Source: Nemertoderma westbladi
Lineage: Eukaryota > Animalia > Xenacoelomorpha
Direction of reading: 5' to 3'
DNA length: 40,637 nt
Assembly: GCA_032718475.1 (NCBI GenBank)
Contig: JAUCBJ010006278.1
Location: 1 to 40,637 of the forward strand
Shown: piece by piece, positions 12,531-26,027 of the stretch
Layout: the number at the start of each line of letters is the position of its first letter
Position numbering within the stretch: the stretch's first letter is position 1
The notes under the pieces: generated by a model
The model's input: the letters and a program-made list of their open reading frames with translations, nothing else
What the model was told of the DNA's origin: nothing
The model's database searches: none
Program-made: the position numbers and the translations under genes

Positions 12531-12758
12531 CCTATATATTTTGGGAATGGGCTCAATAAGACTAGAAAAATAGCCGCCCAAATTAAAGAAACAAACATTC
12601 GAGTCTTTCTTCTAGGCCCCTGTTGCTTAGATGTAGTAAAAAAGTCCACTGATCTGAATGAGTTTAAGGTTTCCAATGGGTAGCCTATACTGTAACAAGC
12701 GGCTAGGTAACTTGGTCAATTGGTGTGTTTATACAGTATATCTATATGTTTATATTTT

Positions 12759-13260
12759 ACTAGAAAGGCATTTCCTAAAGGAAATGCCTGTGATGTTGAT
12801 TTTCCTTAGCTTCGTGGACTTTGTTTGTCAAATTATTCCGGCCTTAATAAGGATAAATATAAAAATACAAATTATTTATATATTAAAAAAAAATTTGGGG
12901 GAATGGGGGGGGGGGGGGGGTATGGGGAATGCAGCTGTATAATTAATTTTTAAGTATAATTATTTAAATCTTATACTATAAAATAATTAATTTCCTTTAA
13001 AAGGCAGGTTGAAAAATTATATTTTTACCGTAATCAACTTAATTAACTAATTAACTGCTATTATCTTAGCTTCTCGAATGCCACACGGAAATTCAACTTG
13101 GAAAATATCTAAACTTTTGCCATACTACATGAGTACCAAGTTTGGATAGATTTCATCGTTATTAATGTTTAAAATTGAACATAACAGAACAACAGACACA
13201 CCGATAGAGTTAATGGTACCCGTATGCTAAGCTCACTTACTTTCGTGGCTTGCCTCACAA
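12759..13260. mobile_element. Helitron/Helentron-like non-autonomous element, family A, most complete copy (~500 bp)
   Basis: Hairpin plus CTAG|T terminus at the left (minus strand). Body and right-end motif are shared with 1705-2025/2965-3010 and 18750-19185. Confidence 0.65.
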
Positions 13261-13836
13261 TCTTCATTAAATTCTGCACTAGAACAAATATAATAACAAA
13301 ATTATGAGATTTTGACCAGAGAAGCACCCTTATATTTAATAATAATAAGTGAATTGTTATAGTCAAAATGTCGAATAGTCGAATTGTTATTTGACTTATA
13401 TTTAAGTCAAATAGCACATTTCCACCTGTGTGGGTGGCTTAAACTTATTTTGGCTTTCTGCACAAATAACCCCCATATCTTTACTATTATTAAAAAACAA
13501 GTCACTACAAATTAGATATTAAATTTACAAGATTACTTGAGATATAGTTAATAAAGTAGTTGGAGGCTAGTCGGGTAGTCACACCACACCAACCACCGTT
13601 AGCAATTACGACAACAAAAAAGCACGGTACGTACATACAATAAAGAGAAGGGCTACAGGATAAATATATTGCTTGCACACTAGACAGCACACCACTCCTC
13701 ACGCAATAACCCACACAGCACTCGGACCACACCTACCACATATGCTTTTTTTATAACGCATAACATACACCTCCATAGACTAGAAAATACCGTACATTAT
13801 ATGCACACTACACCATTTTATCCTACTACAAAGTGT

Positions 13837-14046
13837 CAAACATACTTACCTACAGTATGTACGGATACGTAGATACACAGAACCCCCCAAACATACTTAC
13901 ATACAGTATGTACTGATACGTAGATACACAGAACCCCCCAAACATACTTACATACAGTATGTACTGATACGTAGATACACAGAACCCCCCAAACATACTT
14001 ACCTACAGTATGTACTGATACGTAGATACACAGAACCCCCCAAACA
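13837..14046. repeat. 51-bp minisatellite, 4 copies
   Basis: Near-identical units CAAACATACTTAC.TACAGTATGTAC.GATACGTAGATACACAGAACCCCC. Confidence 0.95.
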
Positions 14047-15494
14047 TTGTCCTTCAAGTGATTATTATTGCCTCTGGTCCTCTAAAAGGAGTGTATTCAT
14101 CAATTTATATCTAGTTTTCAAACAAATTGAATTTAAAGAGTATAATATTGGTATTCTAGAGGCCATAGTGCAAATTTCCAAAATACTATACAATTTTATA
14201 ATTCTTTGAAAAATACATACAAAATAGAAAGGTCAACAACGTTGTACCTCTTCCTGGTATAAATAGACTGTTTCCTAGTAGTGAATAAAAAGGTGTATCA
14301 TTTATTTTACTTTTAAAAATTTTTGACAATAATAATGGTAAATAGCCCTCATTTTACTGCAAAGCCTCCATAAACGCTGAGATCTAATTTGATGTCAAAA
14401 TTGTACTAATGTAAATTGAAAACTTTCGGGTTTATTAAGTTATTTAATTTTTTCTGTTCTGTGTTTTCTGGGTTACACCCTTTTGCATCTCACCGCTTCA
14501 TTTGTCAAGGACATTTTATAGGACTTTTTGGTAGTATAATGTTTATAAATAATGCGAAATAACTGCACATTAAACATAACAGAATAACAATGATTATCTC
14601 AACATTAAACACAAATAATTGACAGCCGCAGTAACTGGTAATGGGTATGTCCATTATACATAGATTAGCTTGTGTTTGTTTCTTCTCTTTCTCTATTCTA
14701 ATAATACCCTAATGCAGTTCATTAATTAGGAAATTTGTACAGCACTGTTTCAGTATATCATGTTATTTGGGATCAGTGATAACGTCATGGAAGACATTTA
14801 CTTTAGATAAAATAAAAGCAATCACAAACTAACACTCAGCGTCGTTATAAGTGATTAGATCAACCCACTTGGTTCCACACACCAATCAATATGTCTCCTC
14901 ACATTTCACAATTATATTGCATTCAAAGAAAAAATATTTTATGTTGCGAAACTTTACCCCAATCTCATTTGAAATATTCACTTAGACAACTTCCCCCCTG
15001 TTTATTATTTCTGTACTGCCCCAACCCAACACCAATGATTTAAATAATAAGATTACCCTTGCCAAGGGACTCACCTGTCAGAAACCAGTTTCGTATTACT
15101 TTATGGCAGTGATTGACTTTTTTTGTTCTCCTTTTTTTACGAATTGTGCATAATGACTTTTGTTGTCCCTTTAATAACTTTTGTTGTCCTTTTAATGACT
15201 TTTTATGTATGTATTTCTTCAAACTGTCAGAATGCTGATTTCTGGACTGTCAGACAGTTGATTTCATTTCAACATGCCTATGCCAAAACATTCAAAATTT
15301 GTTGATTTCTGGTCTGTCGGACAGTTGGTTTCACTATGCCTGTGCCAAAACATTCAAAATTCCATGATTTATAGACTATGAGCTAGATTTCCATATGCGC
15401 CTGTGGTAAAAGATTTTAATTTAATTTAAAGAATTTAATAGTTTGTGGTTGTTGTCGATAATCGATTACCACATGACGTAGCAAAACACTCATT

Positions 15495-15905
15495 TTATAG
15501 CCAAAAACAATTACCAATTGATGGAAAGGAGCAGGTTAAGGCCGGATTTTCTAACCAAAACAATAAACAGTCACTTTACCAAATGAAGGAAAGGAGCAGG
15601 TTACATAGATGGTCTTTTCTAGCCAAAACAATAAACAATAACATTACAAATTGAGAGAAAGGAGCAGGTTACAGAGGCGGGATTTCCGAACCAAAACAAT
15701 AAACGATCACTTAACTAATTGAGGGAAAGGAGCAGGTTACAGAGGCGGGATTTTCTAACCAAAAACAATAAACGATCATTTAACTAATTGAGGGAAAGGG
15801 GCAGGTTACAGAGGGGGGATTTTCTAACCAAAACAATAAACGGTCACTTTACCAAATCAGGGAAAGGAGCAGGTTACAGAGGCGTGATTTTCTAACCAAA
15901 ACAAC
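15495..15905 (+). repeat. ~68-bp satellite, ~6 copies (family also at 24865-24918, 25787-25827 and 38003-38217)
   Basis: Unit GGGAAAGGAGCAGGTTACAGAGGCGG.ATTTTCTAACCAAAACAATAAAC, anchors at 15523, 15588, 15656, 15724, 15793 and 15861. Confidence 0.9.
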
Positions 15906-16063
15906 CGGTCAGCCGGTAGGCCTACAAGTACCGTATTTAAATGGTAGGCTACACAATAGGCCTACAACAGTACCGGTGCCGGAAACGGTACTAAAATACC
16001 TGCTTTATACCTACATCTGTACATACAAGATACAGCAATACTGCAAAATAGTGCTCTATATAC

Positions 16064-16261
16064 TAATACCGGTACTGATAGCCTGAGATAACAGCAGTAG
16101 AGAAACCGGTAGCATGGAACCTAACGGTAAATTTCTGGAGGACATAAAAAGTAAAAAAAAAAATAATACCGGTACTGATAGCCTAAGAGAACAGCAGTAG
16201 AGAAACCGGTAGCATGGAACCTAACGGTAAATTTCTGGAGGACATAACAAGTAAAAAAAAA
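16064..16261. repeat. 100-bp tandem duplication ending in A-runs
   Basis: TAATACCGGTACTGATAGCCT... at 16064 and 16164, with few differences. Confidence 0.9.
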
Positions 16262-16399
16262 GGGCATTATGAGGGATTTAAACGGACAATAAAAATTATT
16301 GCGTTACTTTATTTGAACAGTCCACGGAGTTATTATTCTTCGAATTTTAGTATTCTTTGAAAGGATTTTTGTAATCTTAAATGATCTAAGTACTGTATT

Positions 16400-16830
16400 T
16401 ATGTAGTCTTCGCTGAATCGCAGCAATTGATAGAATATATTCCAATGTAACTATAACTTTCGCTGGGCACAGCTTTGCAAAATCCATAATGATGTCCAGA
16501 TGGGATGGGATCTATATAGTGACCTCCAGTTTGGAAGTCTGACGCAAGCTCTAACCAATCCGCTAGGGGCCCAGGTAAAAGTAGATCTGGAAATACTACC
16601 TGACAACTTCTATTTTCGCAATTTTCGACGTCATGACCTCTCATTTGCCAATAACATCATCTGCCTTACATACATTACGATATAGGTTAGTAAAGGAGCC
16701 TTTTTCAAATAAAATATGTTTTGATCAATTGTTCGAGCTCGCTTGACCTAGTAATATAACTAGATCAAACTCGTTAAGATAACTCCTTTTTAACTCATTT
16801 CACCATGCAATCTTTTGAATTTTATGTAAT
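16400..16830 (-). pseudogene. Possible highly decayed LINE APE endonuclease N-terminal fragment
   Basis: Pieces YLNEFDLVILL (cf. DIIxLxET) and YIGIYS (cf. IxxxYxP) are in the expected order but broken by stops. Weak. Confidence 0.25.
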
Positions 16831-16885
16831 CATATTTGACTTTTTAACAATAATTTTATCGTATCAGTGCCCCCTACTATTACCA

Positions 16886-17160
16886 AAAAAGTAAAGTAAA
16901 AGTAAATTTTCTTCGGCCACTAGGCCAGGGATTACGCACAAAGTCTGACGACTTATTTCCAGTGCGGTCCCCCCAGAACTTTACTCCCCAGAGGAAACTC
17001 TAGTACTCATTTAGCTACCACTTAAGGATGCAAAGCAGAGATGCGCCCTGGCTGGTCCCTTTAAAGCATTCGTGCCGAAACGAAAACTGCCCTGGCCCAT
17101 GTGAGGATCGAACCCACGACCTACAGGAGATGTGAATTCAATGCAACCACAACACCAAGG
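16886..17160 (-). mobile_element. tRNA-derived SINE with Nin/Deu-like central domain
   Basis: Minus strand has A box TGGTGTTGTGG, B box GGGTTCGATCC, core CTGCTTTGCATCCTTAAGTGGTAGCTAAATGAGTACTAG (cf. recalled Nin/Deu core CAGCCTTTCATCC...GATAAATGAGTACCAG) and a (TTTAC)n tail. Confidence 0.75.
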
Positions 17161-17719
17161 TGGAAGGCTTCGTACCTAATCAAATGATTGTAGGGCCTTA
17201 TCGCCCCTTGCACCTTTATCGCCCCTGACCCTTATCGCCCCCTGCGAACTTATCGCCCCCCAAATGGTCCTTTATCGCCCCTTGGGAACATATCGTCCCC
17301 GGGTCTTTATCGCCCCTTGGGAACATATCGTCCCCGGGTCTTTATCGCCCCTTGTAACTTATCCCCACTGTGACAATATGAATGTTGAATGGGAGTAGGT
17401 ATTGGTATTCGTATTGTTTATTAGTGTCATAAGAGTCTGTATCCATATACTGTAGTTAAATTACGAGACACAGGACATACATTGAATTGTCTAAGTAGGC
17501 CTACAAATGTTATAAATAAAAACAATATGTTATAAAATATGTTAAAAATAGAGTATTTTAAAATCATTACTTATTTAAACTGCATGTATATATTGGCATA
17601 GGTTAAATTTCAAATAATATGTACAAAGGTCTAGTGAAAAAATACGTTAAAACAAATCGAGTTGATTAAAATAGTAACATTTAGGCTCAGTAAGCAGGGG
17701 AAGGCCTGTACGCCGTCAA

Positions 17720-18198
17720 GGGTGATCTTCCACAGTAAACCCCTCCACTCTAATTCCTAAATGAATGCCTATTCACCACCATGGGCGATCTTCCACATTA
17801 AACCATTCCACTCTGTTTCCTAAAGGAATGCCTGTTGACCACCATGGTTGATCTTCCACTTTAAACCATTCTAATCTGTTTCCGAAAGGAATGCCTGTTC
17901 ACCACAATGGGTGATCTTCCACAGTAAACCATTCCACTCTGTTTCCTAAAGGAATGCCTGTTCACCACCATGGGTGATCTTCCACAGTAAATCATTCCAC
18001 TCTGTTTCCTAAAGGAATGCCTGTTGACCACCATGGGTGATCTTCCACAGTAAACCCGTCCACTCTGTATCCTAAAGGAATGCCTATTCGCCACCATGGG
18101 TGATCTTCAACAGTAAACCCGTCCACTCTGTTTCGTAAAGGGTTGCCTATTCACCACCATGGGTGTCTTCCACAATAAACCCTTACACTCTGTTTTCC
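17720..18198. repeat. 63-bp satellite, ~7.5 copies
   Basis: GGGTGATCTTCCACAGTAAACC recurs every 63 bp from 17720 to 18161. Confidence 0.93.
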
Positions 18199-18291
18199 AA
18201 GTTACCACGGTTCTCATTTATCGACAAGAAAGGGATGAAAACCTGGGTAGAGCTAGTCTGCAGCATTTAAAGTCCAGTGCCAAAACAGTAC

Positions 18292-18370
18292 AAAAAATGC
18301 GTCGTCCAGGGATCGAAGCTGGAGCCTCCAGAATGAAAGCCCAGATTGTTAACACTAAATCTAGCTGCTG
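18292..18370 (-). pseudogene. tRNA-like relic (Gly/Glu-like) followed by an oligo-T tract
   Basis: Minus strand TAGTGTTAACAATCTGGGCTTTCATTCTGGAGGCTCCAGCTTCGATCCCTGGACGACGCA-TTTTTT. B-box-like TTCGATCCC is present but the stems are imperfect. Confidence 0.45.
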
Positions 18371-18749
18371 CTTAGTCTATGATTTGAGTATGAAATATGA
18401 ATAATATAATTTATAATTGTAGGCCTCCTCTAACTGAAACTATTTGAGTATAAATATAAATGTAAATCATAACTACAGTAAAATATGTGACTTGAGAAAA
18501 TATGAGAAACTTTGGGAAAGTATCCAGTATATAATGACAGGGGCGATAAAGACTCGGGGGCGATAAAGACCCGGGGGCGATAAAGACCCGGGGGCGATAA
18601 GTTCCTGCTTCGAATCTAATCTACAACTGTATAGTATTTTATTTATACCTGTATCTTAGCAACCTCTTCTAGTTAGCTGTGCGTAGCTATTTCATCAACT
18701 TTTATAGTCCCAATTTACTGTTGTGTATTGATATTAATTAAATGATTTA

Positions 18750-19185
18750 AATATTAAAAACACATTTCTTAAAGCAAATCACTTGAACAAATTATAAACT
18801 ATAATATAATGGTGTATGGGGATCCCAGCTGTATAATTCTTTAAGTATAATAATTGTAATCTATAGTAGAAAATAATGAATTGCCATGAAAGTGTAATGA
18901 ATAGAGTGATTAATAAAGTGAATAGAGAACACCCTGAAAATGTCGTTCTTTACTTCAATTAACAACACAATATTTCTAATTAACTGCTTTTAACTTAGCT
19001 TCTCAAAGGCTACAAAGTCTGCTTAAAATATCTATACTTTTGCCAGACTATATGTCTACCAAGTTTGGTTAGACATGGGATTTTATCGAGCTATTACAGT
19101 TAAAATATTGGATACGAAAGATCAACAGGTTTATTAATGGTACCTGTACTTTAAAGCTCACCTTACTTCGTGTCTCGCCCCGTAA
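18750..19185. mobile_element. Older copy of Helitron/Helentron-like family A
   Basis: Diverged match to 12759-13260, including TACCAAGTTTGG and the end AAGCTCACCTTACTTCGTGTCTCGCCCC. Confidence 0.6.
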
Positions 19186-21895
19186 TGTAAGAGTGACAAT
19201 AGTATAATGATCACTTGATAACATGACCAAATAAATAATCATATCAATTACCGGTTAAATATATATTTCCCAAGGATACTATCATCGCACCCAAGGTAAA
19301 CATGATATACGAAACAAACACAACTTGTCCTATCTATTACTAGAATGCACATAGTTAGTAATAGAACATAATGATGAACATAGTTAAATTACCATAAATA
19401 AATAAACAATAACTATGTTTTACTCAGTGAGGTCACTGGAAGCAAAAATTTTATGACAATCCTATATCGCAACCATACGCTAATGTTGAGTTGATCCGAC
19501 CCGCACCTTTTGTGCAATCTCATGAAAACTAATATCCCTCCACTGATTAGAAGGTTTCTACACCCCCGAAATCGATGATTGTGGTTCGATTGACTCTAAG
19601 CACAAGTCTGTGAAGTCATTGGGTAGTATGATTATATATTATCATGATAATTTCGTTATTAAATATTTATAAATATTTAAGTGATCAGTACCAAAAATTG
19701 ATAAAATAAGCTAACGACTCTTGCTGACTGCACAATTTAAGTTTTTTGAAAGGGTCTACGACTATAGAGGTAAACGAATGGTTATCCAATAATAAATTTG
19801 TGAGATATTACCACAGAGTGAGTGCGAGGATACAACAATGGCCTCAATATCAGGTACTACGAGGATTTCAATAGCTATCTAAAAATTGCACTCCCTTTTA
19901 CGGTTGAATCTTCTGTGTTAAATGTGATTTAGTCCTACTCACCTCATGTATTCTTTATATTGAATTTCATTCACACCTCAAACTCAGTCATTACATATAA
20001 GTCGTACACTCCCCACTTGCGAAGAAAATTGTCATTTAAATATGTTTGATGATGCCTATCCATTCATATTAGCAGAGGATCCCATGTAGAAATATATTTA
20101 TTTATACATCAGGCCCGTCAACCTACCAGTCAAACAAGATTCTTATAGGAAATAAACCATCACTATCTACATGTGATACCAGAATATCAATCATATTCAA
20201 AAGGATTATATTCTGCTGCTAACTGTATGTGTACACTCACAGACTGCATTGTCATCCATCACATCGAATGATTCCTTATCCTCATTTAGTTAAGCTAAAA
20301 GGAAATTTACCTTTTTGTTTAAGCAAGAGCATAGATTGGAATAAGTTAAAAATAAACGCATTCATTAAACATTCTGGACAAATTTCCCGCTATCCACCAA
20401 TCCTGTTTTGTAATCATGCTCTATTTAAGATTTTTTTTAAGGAAACATGATTTTTATGAATTTTAGTTGTTTACTACTTAAAATTATTACTGAAATAGAG
20501 AATAAAACTGCAATTAATTATTGCAGTTTTGCAGGACTACAAGAGCTGGACAGAAAACAATGTTACACTAAGCATAAAATTGGTATCATCCTTACTAGAA
20601 CTATAGATAAATAGATAACAATGGATCATTACTAGATAAATATTATGCAAGACATGTAATACGATGGAATATATTGTATAATGTTACCGTATAATGTAAT
20701 CGCAGTGTATAAAGTTGGTCACCATAATATGTATCAAGTTATCACTCTAAATATAAAGCCTAAAAAACCTAAATATGCATTGAAACCAAAGGTCGAAAGG
20801 TGTAATGTAATATTCCCTAATGAAAACAACAATACACTTTGAGCTTATAACCTACCCAGAAGACAACTGAACGTAACAACCCATAGCAATCTCCATTCAG
20901 GCAAAGCCTTTTTATCTATATAACATTGAAGATGTTCATCTGTAATAGTTGATTCAGATGAGTTATCTGTTAAGTTGTCCATCATGGCAAAATCTGTAGA
21001 TTAACAAATAATTATGATAACTTAATGAATTGTAGATGGATATTTAAGATATATTACATAAAAATATTAATATTAGTTTTTGTTGATAAATTTATGGATT
21101 GCTTATACTTTATAACGCTCGAATTGAATGCATAGTTACTTTGTTGCCTAAGTTGTCTACAGTAAAGCTTTGCTTTTTTTGAAGCTCTTACGGGCAAATT
21201 TAAGTTTTATAAAATGTATATCCATGCATAAAATATTGCCGAGGGCATGCATTTAACGAGTTGCAGGTAAGGGACATGGTATCTGTCAGCCAGTTCTACA
21301 AAAAAAGTCCAAAAAAAACATCTGTCTGAATCGGGATCCTAACAGTCTTTAAAGAAGCAGAACTTGGCATAAAATCCTTGTGGCTCTTTTGTACAAATGA
21401 CGGTTTCTGTAATGGCTAGTTTTCCTTTCGGTGAAAGCGGTATATAGCTGCATGCAGCAGCTCCTAGAGGCAGGCCGCAGTTTCAAAAACGGTTTACAGC
21501 CAGAAAACTGTCGATGATTGCAGCTGAGAGCTGTTAAGTGCCGTGTGTTGTATGGAACACTTTCGAATTAGCTGCAAACGAAAAATGTCTAACAGTATGC
21601 TACACCACTGAGGTGCCGCTGGGACCTTTTCGCATTAGCAAGCTGCATAAAAGAGGTGAAGGGTTAGCTGCAATGCCGCTGGGCATTTTTGAATGTTTCT
21701 AGGTCCCCGGGCAGCCCCTAAGATAAATCGAAAATCTTGATTAATGGGTATTAATTATAATGAACATGAATCGAGAACATGTGATTATGATAGTGACAAA
21801 AAATGGGCTAGAGTGCCGCAAAAACCTTCACGTTTTTTAAGCGTTATTATTTATATAATATTGTATGATAATTTTTATATTATATATATATTGTA

Positions 21896-24626
21896 TGCGC
21901 CTACACTAGTTACATGTGTGCCTACACTCGTTCTAGATGCGCCTGCACTAGTTTCATAGCACCTACATTAGTTCTGTATGCGTCTATACTAGTTCCAGAT
22001 GCGCCTACACTAGTTCTGGATGGGCCTACACTAGTTTCATAGCACCTACATTAGTTCTGTATGCGCCTATACTAGTTGCGGATGGCCTACACTAGTTACG
22101 GATGGGCCTACACTAGTTTCATAGCACCTACATTAGTTCTGTATGCGCCTATACTAGTTGCGGATGGCCTACACTAGTTACGGATGGGCCTACACTAGTT
22201 ACGGATGGGCCTACACTAGTTACGGATGGGCCTACACTAGTTTCATGGCACCTACATTAGTTCTGTATGCGCCTACACTAGTTCCGGATGGGCCTACACT
22301 AGTTACGGATGGGCCTACACTAGTTTCATAGCACCTACATTAGTTCTGTATGCGCCTACACTAGTTCCGGATGGGCCAACACTAGTTCTGTATGCACCTA
22401 CACTAGTTGCGGATGCGGATACACTAGTTTCATATGCGCCGCTCCTATACTAGTTCCATATGGGCTGCGCCTACACTAGTTCCATATGCGCCGCACCTAC
22501 ACTAGATATGTATGCACCGCGCCTACCATACACTAGTTCCGGATGGGCCTATACAAGTTCTGTATGCGCCTACACTAGTTGCGTATGCGGATACACTAGT
22601 TCCATATGCGCTGCGCCTACACTAGTTCCATATGCGCCGCTCCTACACTAGTTCCATATGCGCCGCTCCTACACTAGTTCCATATGCGCTGCGCCTACAC
22701 TAGTTCCATATGCGCTGCGCCTACACTAGTTCCATATGTGCCGCTCCTACACTAGTTCCATATGCGCTGCGCCTACACTAGTTCCATATGCGCTGCGCCT
22801 ACACTAGTTCCATATGCGCTGCGCCTACACTAGTTCCATATGCGCCGCTCCTACACTAGTTCCATATGCGCCGCTCCTACACTAGTTCCATATGCGCTGC
22901 GCCTACACTAGTTCCATATGCGCCGCTCCTACACTAGTTCCATATGCGCTGCGCCTACACTAGTTCCATATGCGCCGCTCCTACACTAGTTCCATATGCG
23001 CTGCGCCTACACTAGTTCCATATGCGCCGCTCCTACACTAGTTCCATATGCGCCGCTCCTACACTAGTTCCATATGCGCTGCGCCTACACTAGTTCCATA
23101 TGCGCTGCGCCTACACTAGTTCCATATGTGCCGCTCCTACACTAGTTCCATATGCGCTGCGCCTACACTAGTTCCATATGCGCTGCGCCTACACTAGTTC
23201 CATATGCGCTGCGCCTACACTAGTTCCATATGCGCCGCTCCTACACTAGTTCCATATGCGCCGCTCCTACACTAGTTCCATATGCGCTGCGCCTACACTA
23301 GTTCCATATGCGCTGCGCCTACACTAGTTCCATATGCTCTGCGCCTACACTAGTTCCATATGCGCTGCGCCTACACTAGTTCCATATGCGCTGCGCCTAC
23401 ACTAGTTCCATATGCGCTGCGCCTAGACTAGTTCCATATGCGCTGCGCCTACACTAGTTCCATATGCTCTGCGCCTACACTAGTTCCATATACGCTGCGC
23501 CTACACTAGTTCCATATGCGCTGCGTCTACACTAGTTCCATATGCGCCGCTCCTACACTAGTTCCATATGCGCTGCGCCTACACTAGTTCCATATGCGCT
23601 GCGCCTACACTAGTTCCATATGCGCAGCGCCTACACTAGTTCCATATGCGCTGCGCCTACACTAGTTCCATATGCGCTGCGCCTACACTAGTTCCATATG
23701 CGCTGCGCCTACACTAGTTCCATATGCGCTGCGCCTACACTAGTTCCATATGCGCTGCGCCTACACTAGTTCCATATGCGCTGCGCCTACACTAGTTCCT
23801 TATGCGCTGCGCCTACACTAGTTCCATATGCGCTGCGCCTACACTAGTTCCATATGCGCTGCGCCTACACTAGTTCCATATGCGCTGCGCCTACACTAGT
23901 TCCATATGCGCTGCGCCTACACTAGTTCCATATGCGCTGCGCCTACACTAGTTCCATATGCGCTGCGCCTACACTAGTTCCATATGCGCCGCTCCTACAC
24001 TAGTTCCATATGCGCTGCGCCTACACTAGTTCCATATGCGCTGCGCCTACACTAGTTCCATATGCGCTGCGCCTACACTAGTTCCATATGCGCTGCGCCT
24101 ACACTAGTTCCATATGCGCTGCGCCTACACTAGTTCCATATGCGCTGCGCCTACACTAGTTCCATATGCGCTGCGCCTACACTAGTTCCATATGCGCTGC
24201 GCCTACACTAGTTCCATATGCGCCGCTCCTACACTAGTTCCATATGCGCTGCGCCTACACTAGTTCCATATGCGCCGCTCCTACACTAGTTCCATATGCG
24301 CCGCTCCTACACTAGTTCCATATGCGCTGCGCCTACACTAGTTCCATATGCGCTGCGCCTACACTAGTTCCATATGTGCCGCTCCTACACTAGTTCCATA
24401 TGCGCTGCGCCTACACTAGTTCCATATGCGCTGCGCCTACACTAGTTCCATATGCGCTGCGCCTACACTAGTTCCATATGCGCCGCTCCTACACTAGTTC
24501 CATATGCGCCGCTCCTACACTAGTTCCATATGCGCTGCGCCTACACTAGTTCCATATGCGCTGCGCCTACACTAGTTCCATATGCGCCGCTCCTACACTA
24601 GTTCCATATGCGCTGCGCCTACACTA
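21896..24626. repeat. Satellite array: diverged 20-21-bp units changing to ~79 homogeneous 26-bp units
   Basis: Core CCTACACTAGTT throughout. Period is 21 at 22181/22202 and 26 at 22681/22707 (GCCTACACTAGTTCCATATGCGCTGC). Confidence 0.97.
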
Positions 24627-26027
24627 CATTGCACTGTTCATCTCACTTTTTACTTCGATTCAATATGTATCTCATTAATTCCACACATTCATGTACATAA
24701 TTCATACTTGTGATATAAATATTACTTGTATTATTTTCAAGTAGTTTACCATCAATGATGCAGCACGGATGTGGAGAATCATATCACAGTATGTTTTGCA
24801 TTGCATTCCAGATAGTGGCGCACATTGGCCGCAAGTGAAATAATGTATAGTTGAAATAATGTATAGTTTATTGTTTTGGTTAGAAAACACCGCCACTGTA
24901 ACCTGCTCCTTTCCCTTAATGTTTTATTTAAATTAAACCAATTTTTAAAACCAACTAAAATTTATTTTGGGTTTACGGTCATTTTGCGCCATTGACTCTG
25001 CATTTATATAATAATTTAATTCTGAACTTTCATGAAAATAATAATTGCCCTATCTTGGCTGATATATAGTTATTTTGGTGCGAGGGTAATTCGATTGGTA
25101 ACTACTGGGTTAGTTTTCAATACCACTGTAGAGGTCCTATTAATTCGGCCACGAAGATGTCAATGGAAAATAAGTATTTCATTATTCAAGCCTGATTTCT
25201 AATTTAACGGATGCTGTTTTAATTAATTAAATAAAAAGTCAGAGGCGTGGTTTGATTATATATGAAGTTCCACTTCCGTTTTACAAGAAATAGCCAAATA
25301 TGGTATGGTATCTGGATCGAATTAACAAAGATGCAAGTGGAATAAGCAATAGACACAGGAATCAAGAAAATCATGTTACTTTACTAAATTAGTTACTCCA
25401 CCAAAGTTTTGGTTCACTACGGAAATTCACAGCAATGGGATTTGTTACAAATGCACTGATTTACTTACAGAGTGCAAAGTCCGATTGCGATGCATCCCTG
25501 TATCTGTAACATAATTGACGGACTCTCCTAGGAGGCGGTATTATTTTGTTCTTTAGTGATGCACCCAACCCATATATCAATCTACAAACAACCAGAGAGA
25601 GGCCCAGCAATCTTAGAGTATTATTATTTAGGAAGTAACAAAAATCTAATATCAGGAAGGATTTCAGGAATGTTATATAACAAATAATAATTCAGAATTT
25701 TGAATTCAGTGTGCTCCAAATTTACGTAGATTATTTCTACTACTGAAGTTACATTGCATCTTGAATTTAATTTAACATTACGGTTTGAGGTTACAGTGCC
25801 ACATTATTCTTACCAAAACAATAAACGAAAGTCAATAGCACAAGTTAGAATCTTATTGCACAGAATCAGCTGTCATTTGCATCGATTTTCCCCTGGAGAG
25901 GGATTAATTTTGAGTTCGTTGAATGTCCCCCGACATCTGGTCACAGATGTCATAAAGTAATATTAGAAGATAATAATTTTAATTTATTTAATTTATTTAT
26001 TATTTCGCTAGAAAGTCTGTAGCCCCT

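Larger units (their letters stand above)
17186..18612. mobile_element. Non-autonomous DNA element bounded by inverted arrays of TTATCGCCCC
   Basis: About 8 TTATCGCCCC-like motifs at 17198-17366 and 4 GGGGCGATAA at 18540-18600. Exact ends and TSD are not resolved. Confidence 0.6.

Noticed and set aside
18292-18370. Functional tRNA gene
   Set aside because: Acceptor, D and anticodon stems pair poorly; kept only as a relic.
21896-24626. CRISPR-like array
   Set aside because: Units are head-to-tail with no unique spacers, there are no cas genes, and the context is eukaryotic.
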